From: Paraspadella gotoi
Taxonomy: Eukaryota > Animalia > Chaetognatha
Direction: 5' to 3'
NCBI GenBank assembly: GCA_051294375.1
Contig: CM119264.1
Span: 14,043,323 to 14,107,322, forward strand
DNA: 64,000 nt
Numbering within the stretch: position 1 is the stretch's first letter; the number at the start of each line of letters is the position of its first letter. The notes beneath the pieces were generated by a model. That model was not told where the DNA came from. It searched no databases and worked only from the letters and a program-made list of their open reading frames with translations. The position numbers were made by a program, and so were the translations under genes. Positions 57,166 through 64,000 of this stretch are shown piece after piece.

Positions 57166-57915
57166 AAAACGTTTGATTTATTTGTTATTTAAACGGACAT
57201 GTTTCGACTCTTGATTCGAGTCTTCATCAGCGTTATTTGATTATGACATAATGAACAGGATGTTTGTAAAAGAAGGAGAGAGAGAGAGAGAGACACAGAG
57301 AGAGGGAAAAGTTTCCAACTCAGAGATAGTGGTTGAATAGTGAGGACAGGTTTAAGGCGAGGACAGATAAAGTTATTTTTTAAAAGAAGTGAAATGGTCA
57401 GTAGTGAGAGAGAGGGGGGGAATTGGAAAAAAATTATACATTTTGCAATGTACAACAGAGATAAACTTTTAAACTAAATGATTATTGAATAATTAGGAAA
57501 AAAGTTTTAAATGTGAAAAAATACATTTGTGAGAGATAGGTAATTATAAGAATTAAGATAGAGCTCAAAATGAGCTGGCTCCCCTTAGTTTTTGTAAATG
57601 AGAGGCTTGAACGATGTGACCATTTCACTTCTTTTCAAAAATAACTTTATCTGTCCTCTTCTTAAATATGTCCTCACCATTCAACCACTATCTGTGTTGG
57701 AAAATTTGCCCTCTCTATTTTTCTCTTCCTGTGTGTCTCTCTCTCTCTCTCTCTCTCCATTTACAAAAATCCTTTTCATTACGTCATAATCAATTAACGC
57801 TGATGAAGATTCGGATCAAGAGTCGAAACATATCCTTTTAAATAAAAAATAAATTGTTGTTGTTATCAATTCCAAACGTTTTCTCAATCTAACTAACGCA
57901 ACGAAAAAGAACGGA
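57166..57915. mobile_element. ~750-bp Penelope-like element with inverted ~230-bp repeats, each carrying a hammerhead core
   Basis: 57166-57400 is the inverse of 57618-57883. Cores at 57192-57234 (-) and 57796-57838 (+). Tail gcaacgaaaaagaa at ~57898. Confidence 0.8.
57192..57234 (-). ncRNA. Minimal type I hammerhead ribozyme motif (best-preserved copy)
   Basis: Minus strand: AACG-CUGAUGA-A-GACUC-gaaucaa-GAGUC-GAAAC-AU-GUC/CGUU. Perfect 4-bp helix I, 5-bp helix II, GUC cleavage triplet and palindromic ACAUGU helix III. Activity untested. Confidence 0.75.
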
Positions 57916-58367
57916 CCTAAATCATTATTTCTATTGTATTACATTTAATGATATTTTGGTTCAAAGAATGAGTTTTAGCAAAACAAAGGAGAGACAAAAG
58001 AGACACTTCGTTTTAGCTTCATCAAGATAAGATCGATTTTAGGTAAATACTATCATAAACCACAGTTAGATAGATTGAATAATGTATGAATATGAATAAT
58101 GAATATGTATTAGCTTTATTAATATCTGAGGGTCCAAGGTCACGTTACCGACAGGTTTTGGCATCTCTTTTTTTAACATATAAATTATATCATAATTCTT
58201 ATCAATTTTTACAACTGTTTAAACTGCGGCGAAAATGTAAAAAACGAGAACGATAATTCAAATGTGCTACGCCGCAGTGATTGCCTTATCACGTCTATTT
58301 CTCGTGACGTAACCTGAAATGACGTTACTATACTATAAGCAAATTATTTTTATTTTTAACCTAAGTG

Positions 58368-58478
58368 GGAAAGACCGACGGATAGATAAACCTACCGACC
58401 GGCGGACCTACCGACCGGCGGACCAACCGAAAAGTGTCTTATAGAGTTGCTCGGCGAGTACTCACGGCGCGACTAAAA
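58368..58478 (-). mobile_element. HINE/DINE-1-like (Helentron-associated) element end
   Basis: (ACCG/GACC)n microsatellite followed by ttatagagttgc...gcgactaaaa. Mirrors ttttagtcg...cgactctataa..gtcggtccgtcggtcc at 59656-59720. Confidence 0.5.
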
Positions 58479-59016
58479 GGGGTGGAATTTTGATGGGTTT
58501 CCTACGATTACTTCACAATATAAGGTCCGTTTAAAGCGAAACTTGAGATTTACAAAATTGACGTTATTTCACATCTTTCGATATAAAAAAATGATAAAAA
58601 ACCACTAGTTTCTTTCGATATAGCGACTTTCTTAATATTGAATAACTAATATTAAAAATTCTGATAACTGAAATTCCTTGTTTTTCTTTCTCAGAAATTA
58701 TTCTCTTCTGTTCCGTTTTCTTCCTTTTAATTCTTTTAGAAAAAAAATTTGCTTTTCCGATTTTACCTTTGGAGCGTATTAATCCTGGAGGAATATCATA
58801 GAGGCTTCTTAATCTTATTGTTAGTCGTAATCCCCGCAATTTTAATTCGAGATAAAAACCGGTTGAGTTGGATGCATCCCTCATTCGAATCACCGCAGAA
58901 GTGACCAACAAAAGATTTGGCTCCGCTTCTTTTCCCTCCTCCAAGAAGATCACTTACCAAAACACGATTATTTTACGGATTGTACAACGATATAAGCATT
59001 AAAAGCCAAAAAAAAA

Positions 59017-62000
59017 ATGACTCTCGCCACGGCGTCCCTCGCCCCTTTGGATTATGTCGTTTTCGCGTTTTGTCTCACTATATCTGCTGGAATCGGAGTT
59101 TTTTACAGGTGTGGAATTCGCAATGTAGTATGTTATTTTTTATTCTGGTATTATATACAATGTATATTAGTAGAAAGAGTTTTAATTATTTGAGATGTGT
59201 ATATTAAATGTATCTTTCAATGAAAGCTTTAATGGGGTAATTTTATTATTCGACGTCCGCAACCAACCAACATTTTTTTTGTTCAGTAATACAAATTTTA
59301 TAATTTTATAATAAATAATAATAGTTTTAAATTTATTTTAATTGTTATTTTTATGATTGATGTAGAAAATGAATTGTTTGTTTACATATAACGAGTATTC
59401 AATGTAAGCCTTCATCAGCACAAAAACGAATTAATTTGTGAAACAAATATTTTTACAGACTCTTTCTTTTTCTCTCTCTATTTCTCTTCAAACTTCAAAG
59501 TTTGGTAAAATAGGAGCTGACGTCATTCCTAAAGATCGAGGAAGATTTTTTCAATAGAGATTTTCGTTCAAATCTGACTCCCAAACAATATAAACGCTCT
59601 TGAAAAAAATTCCGGTAAAAAATAAACAAAAATACTAGATTCCGATCCTGTTGCATTTTTAGTCGGTTCTGCTTTCAGCAGATCCCGACTCTATAATTCA
59701 CTTTGTCGGTCCGTCGGTCCGCCCCCTCAATCTTGTCGGGCATTCACTTATATCATGTCACAACATCGAATTATGATAAATTATGCAAAAAAACGATGTC
59801 TGTCTGTCCGTCCGTCCCACCTTAGCAAAAAAAACCAATTACTCGTGATTGGATGGATGGATTGGAATGAAATTTTGTGTGTGGGTAGAGAAGTGTGTGA
59901 TTGAGCTGGATATAAAGTTTCAATGGAATCGTCCGAGTGGAAATGAGTAAATGAAAAAAAAAATATATATTTCACTATTTGAACACCAATTACTCATGAG
60001 TGGATGGGGCGATTGACTTGAAATTTTGTATTTGGGTAGAAAAGTGTGTGATTAAACTGGAAATCAAGTTTCGATGGAATCGTTTGAGGGGAAATGAGTT
60101 TAAAATCGTTGATGAACTTATTTTCAAACTTTGCTTAAATACAATTATGTATAATAATTATTAGATTCGTTGGAGGTCGGCAGTCGACGACGGAAGAATT
60201 TTTGATGGCGGACCGGCAAATGTCTGTTTTTCCTGTCGCGTTGTCCCTCTTGGCGTCTTTCATTTCAGCCATCACTCTGTTGGGAACGCCGACGGAAATC
60301 TATTTGTACGGAACACAGGTGAGATGCTGATGGATACAGTTGAGTATTCTCGTTAATTTGTAATTAATTATTCTCAAATAATATTTCGAAATATACGTTG
60401 CTATCTGTTTTATAAAAAAATTGAAGCTTTAAAATTTCCAAATTTGAATTTATTCTGACAGAATATAATAATAATAATATAATAATATTATCTCTTCCAA
60501 AAGTCACTTATATAACTCTTAATCTTGATTCTAGTATGTACTGTTGGCGATTGGTAATATTATTGTCATCCCAATCTCTGCTTACCTCTACATCCCTGTT
60601 TTGTTTCGTCTTCGTCTCACCTCTGCGTACGAATATCTTGATCTTCGATTTAACAAAGGTAAGTCTATGTATTAACGAATTTAATGATGATAAGCGGTTA
60701 GTTGAATTTCTTTATGGGTAGGTCGAATTGCGTTGTTGGCCTAGATGAACTCGTATTTTATATAATATAGCTCAAAGCTAGAACTACAGTATCTCTGATT
60801 AAAAATGACTTTTCCACAGCCACCCGAACCCTCGCTACAGTTGTTTACGCTTCAATGATGATATTTTACTTGGGAATCGTACTGTATTCACCATGCCTCG
60901 CGCTCAGTTCGCTGACCGGCCTCAATCTTTGGATGCTCATCGGTATTGCTGGAGTCATTTGTATCTTCTACACTACTCTTGGTGGAATGAAAGTGAGTTG
61001 GCTGTTTATCAGTTAAGGCGGGCCAAAATTTATCTCTTTTTATTATTTAAAGTTCTGTAATACAAAATTTATTTGTCAATTTTTTAACTAGTAAAGCATA
61101 GTATAATATTAAAGCATTTAAATATTTATAAATGCATAATAAGGCGTAGTGAAAGTTGCAGATCAAAATTTGAATAGTTGTTCGTGAACAGTCTTGTACT
61201 AAAGAACATTGATATATATTTAAATTTATCAATTTTTGAATACGCCCATATTTATACATAGTACTTACCATAAAAAATGTCAAAATTTAAAAATAGGGTT
61301 TTTTTAGTTTTGAAAGCAGATTCGAATTCCTCATAAAAAGTTGATAAAAGAAAATATAAGTCTTAATCGAAAATTATTTTATTAAGTTAGAAATTAAAAA
61401 AACTATATTTTTTATTTTTTATACTAAAACTAAATTATTGGTTAACTATAACAGTTTTTTAGGATTTTGACCCACTTAATGAAATAATTTTTTTAAAAAG
61501 AGTTATATTTCCTTTTATCAACTTTTCGCGAGGTATTCGAATCTGCTTTCAAAAATAGGAAAAGAACATTTTAAAATTTGAACATTTTCTATGGTGACTA
61601 CTTGGTGAGTACTATGTATATTATGTATAAATATGGGCGTATGCGAAAATTGAAAAATAAAAAAATAATTTTTTTTTTATTTAAAAATGTTCAATGTTCA
61701 ATCTGTTCATGATCTACTATTCGAATTTTGATTCTACTTGATTTAAATATTTTTTACGCTTTAATGCATAAGCATTGCAAAAAAAAATTTTAAGAACCGA
61801 TTCAAATAGCCTTAAAAAGTTGGCTGTACAAAGTATAATTCGTTTTTCAATATTTCGATGATAAGTGAGTTAAATAGTGGAAAACCCCTCAAAAATCATT
61901 ATCATACTATAATTTTTATAGTATTTGCTAATTTTAAAAGATAAAAATTTCAAAATCTTATAATACTATTATATATATATATTATATATGTATATATATT

Positions 62001-63560
62001 TTATTGAAGAGACAATAATTATTGTAATGTGGTAATGACAGAACCGTTCAATATAAGCAGTCCCTGAGCTTCGGATCAGGCTGTAACACCATGTTACAGG
62101 CGGGTTAAGCGCCCCGTCCCTCTTAACTGCGAGACGACCACCGGGCTAAAACCTCGGACCTTTGGGTTGGGAGGCGAAGGATTTGCCTCCGGCACCAATG
62201 GCCGCTGATGAACAGTTGGTGGAGTTTAGTCCACCATATTATATACATTATATTGGTTGTACCAATTTCATAATACTATTTTTTTCAAGCTTTACCAAAA
62301 TCCGTTTTTTTCAAAATTCAGAATTTGAAAAAAAAAGTTATGATTTTAAATGTTAAATTTTAAATGCTTCTATGTTGTAAGTATATTAACTATATATCGT
62401 AAGTATACATAGAATCCTAAAATTGTTTTAAAATTCGTTCTTTCAGGGATACTCTGTTATTTATGTTACAGAACTATTAGTTTTTACCTTGTTCCGCCTT
62501 ACTGTACATTACTTTACCAAATTCTTTCATCTTTTTTACAGAGGATAAAACCAATTTAAAAAAAAAATGGGCAAAGTCTACTGTACATATATGTATATTG
62601 TATAAGCGACACATAAGGTTTCATTCCCGTCATTTAATGTTCCAAGGCCGTGATGTGGACTGACGCCTTTCAAGTGAGCATTATGTTCCTCGGTATTTTC
62701 GTCGTCGTCATTCTGGGCAGCGCGCGGTTCGTGGGAGGCTTTAATGGCGCCTGGGATGTGGCCGCGCGTCGCGGTCGAATCGAGTTTGATAATTTTTCCC
62801 CAACGCTCTTTGAACGACACACTGTTTGGGGCACGATCGTTGGGGGAACGTTCACCTGGCTGGCCATCTATGCAGTCAATCAGGCACAGGTTAATAGTCA
62901 CAATGCAACTACTCTATGTGCGTACAAGCTATTATGTGGAAAATATCTTCTTTAAAAAAATGTTAGAAAAATCTTCACTCATCCAGTCGCAACTTTAATC
63001 TTTAATCTTTAACTTTGTTTTGTCTTTAGACTTAGCTTTTTTTTGATGCTCCTGTATGTACTGAATCAACCTTGTTGAATTCGAAATAAAACGCATAATT
63101 ATAATGATCATAATCTTTTTCCAAATATAGAGAAAAAAAATTATTCAAATTGATATTGCGTAATAACAAATTAATCATAATGATAATATTGATAATTAAT
63201 ACTAGTAAAACACAATAAAATCTCAATATTTTGTTAAAATCTCTTCAGGTCCAACGGTGTCTGACCTGCCCTTCCCTCCGCCACGCCCGTCTCGCCCTGG
63301 CATTCAACGCCCCCGGTCTCTTCCTCTTCGTCATTCTTTCCTCCTGCGTGGGCGTTCTCGTTTTCGCCCGATACGCCGATTGCGATCCACTAACGGCGGG
63401 CGTGCTCGACGCCAAGGATCAGTTGCTGCCGCTATTCGTCATGGAAACTCTGTCCGCGGGCCACCCCGGTCTTGCTGGCTTGTTCGTTTCCTGCGTCTTT
63501 TGCGGCTCCCTCTCCACCATTTCGTCGGGTCTAAATTCTTTGGCGGCGGTGGTGTTGCAG
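59017..63560 (+). CDS. Sodium:solute symporter, SLC5A6/A8/A12 (SMVT/SMCT)-like; 5' part, continues beyond the window
   Basis: Exons 59017-59108, 60165-60318, 60535-60658, 60820-60992, 62647-62889 and 63249-63560. Motifs: DYVVF..ISAGIG, EFLMADRQMSVFPVALSLLASFISAITLLGTP.EIYLYGTQY, SAYEYLDLRF, YTTLGGMKAVMWTDAFQ, NQAQVQRCL, CDPL..KDQLLPLFV, SLSTISSGLNSLA. Confidence 0.92.
59656..60100 (+). mobile_element. HINE/DINE-1-like element with microsatellite and two ~150-bp internal tandem repeats, SLC5 intron 1
   Basis: ttttagtcgg...ccgactctataa hairpin, (GTCG/GTCC)n, and tandem units ccaattactc...ggaaatgagt at 59835-59947 and 59986-60098. Confidence 0.55.
62005..62237 (-). mobile_element. tRNA(Gly)-like SINE-type repeat, copy 3 (SLC5 intron)
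   Basis: Near-identical to 28742-28976. Confidence 0.8.
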
Positions 63561-63744
63561 GTTGGTTCCATGAAGAAAACGAGAAAAAGAAAACGAGTTT
63601 GAGCAAACAATGTCGGATCTGCCTACGATAATAAAGCGGTAATCGGTTAATCAGATTATAAATCACGATAATTCTTTCAATTTGTGATCCTAACTGATCA
63701 GAACAGATCGTACCATACCAAACCAATAGCTGCGCCGATATATA

Positions 63745-63920
63745 ATTTGCATAACAATGCATAATTTTTTCAACTGGCATAATTTTTTTAATTTTCATTA
63801 TTTTTTTTAACTTGCATCATTTTTTCAACTTGCATAATTTTTTTTAACTTACATATTTTTTAAACTTGCATCATTTTTTAACTTGTATCATTTTTTCAAG
63901 TTGCATCATTTTTTCACTTT
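63745..63920. repeat. ~19-20-bp minisatellite (aacttgcat[a/c]atttttt)
   Basis: About 8-9 degenerate tandem units. Confidence 0.8.
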
Positions 63921-64000
63921 AATTTAATAACATTTATTAGTAGGCATAAATAATAAAAATTGAAGTCAACTTGACCTTGGTTTTTTTTATGCAAACTCAT

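Noticed and set aside
40000-58900. Autonomous transposase or reverse transcriptase ORF for the repeats
   Set aside because: No long ORF and no RT, GIY-YIG or DDE motifs seen; all elements here appear non-autonomous.
58564-59207. ORFs 58564-58953(-) and 58917-59207(+)
   Set aside because: Wrong frame or antisense relative to the SLC5 first exon (ATG 59017).
63745-63920. CRISPR-like array
   Set aside because: Tandem units without unique spacers in a eukaryotic intron; a minisatellite.

Overview
AT-rich animal (invertebrate-like) genomic DNA with short GT-AG introns, many (AG)n microsatellites and one 25-N gap (50405-50429). I reconstructed exon structures by hand for seven spliced genes. On the minus strand: a sulfotransferase-family gene, a very short classical-type cadherin (about 3 EC repeats, TM, catenin-binding tail), a C3orf84/CIMIP7-like gene, cyclin Y and CNPPD1. 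On the plus strand: an FZD1/2/7-type Frizzled, divergent from CNPPD1, and the 5' half of an SLC5A6/8/12-like Na+/solute symporter. The most notable non-genic signal is a dispersed family of short non-coding inserts carrying a minimal type I hammerhead ribozyme core (CTGA[T/A]GA-stem II-GAAAC-AT-GTC). There are at least 8 near-complete cores plus remnants. Many sit within inverted repeats, share an AATAAA..TCGTTG..CAACGAAAAGAAAG 3' end, and are flanked by 12-32 bp direct repeats, one with an empty-site paralog in the window. This fits non-autonomous Penelope-like/retrozyme-type retroelements. Also present are tRNA-derived SINE-like repeats, several MITE/foldback families, HINE/Helentron-like elements, and a ~4.3 kb duplication across the gap (probably an uncollapsed haplotype) that exposes a 2.3 kb insertion polymorphism. 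All calls come from manual reading; no database searches were run.
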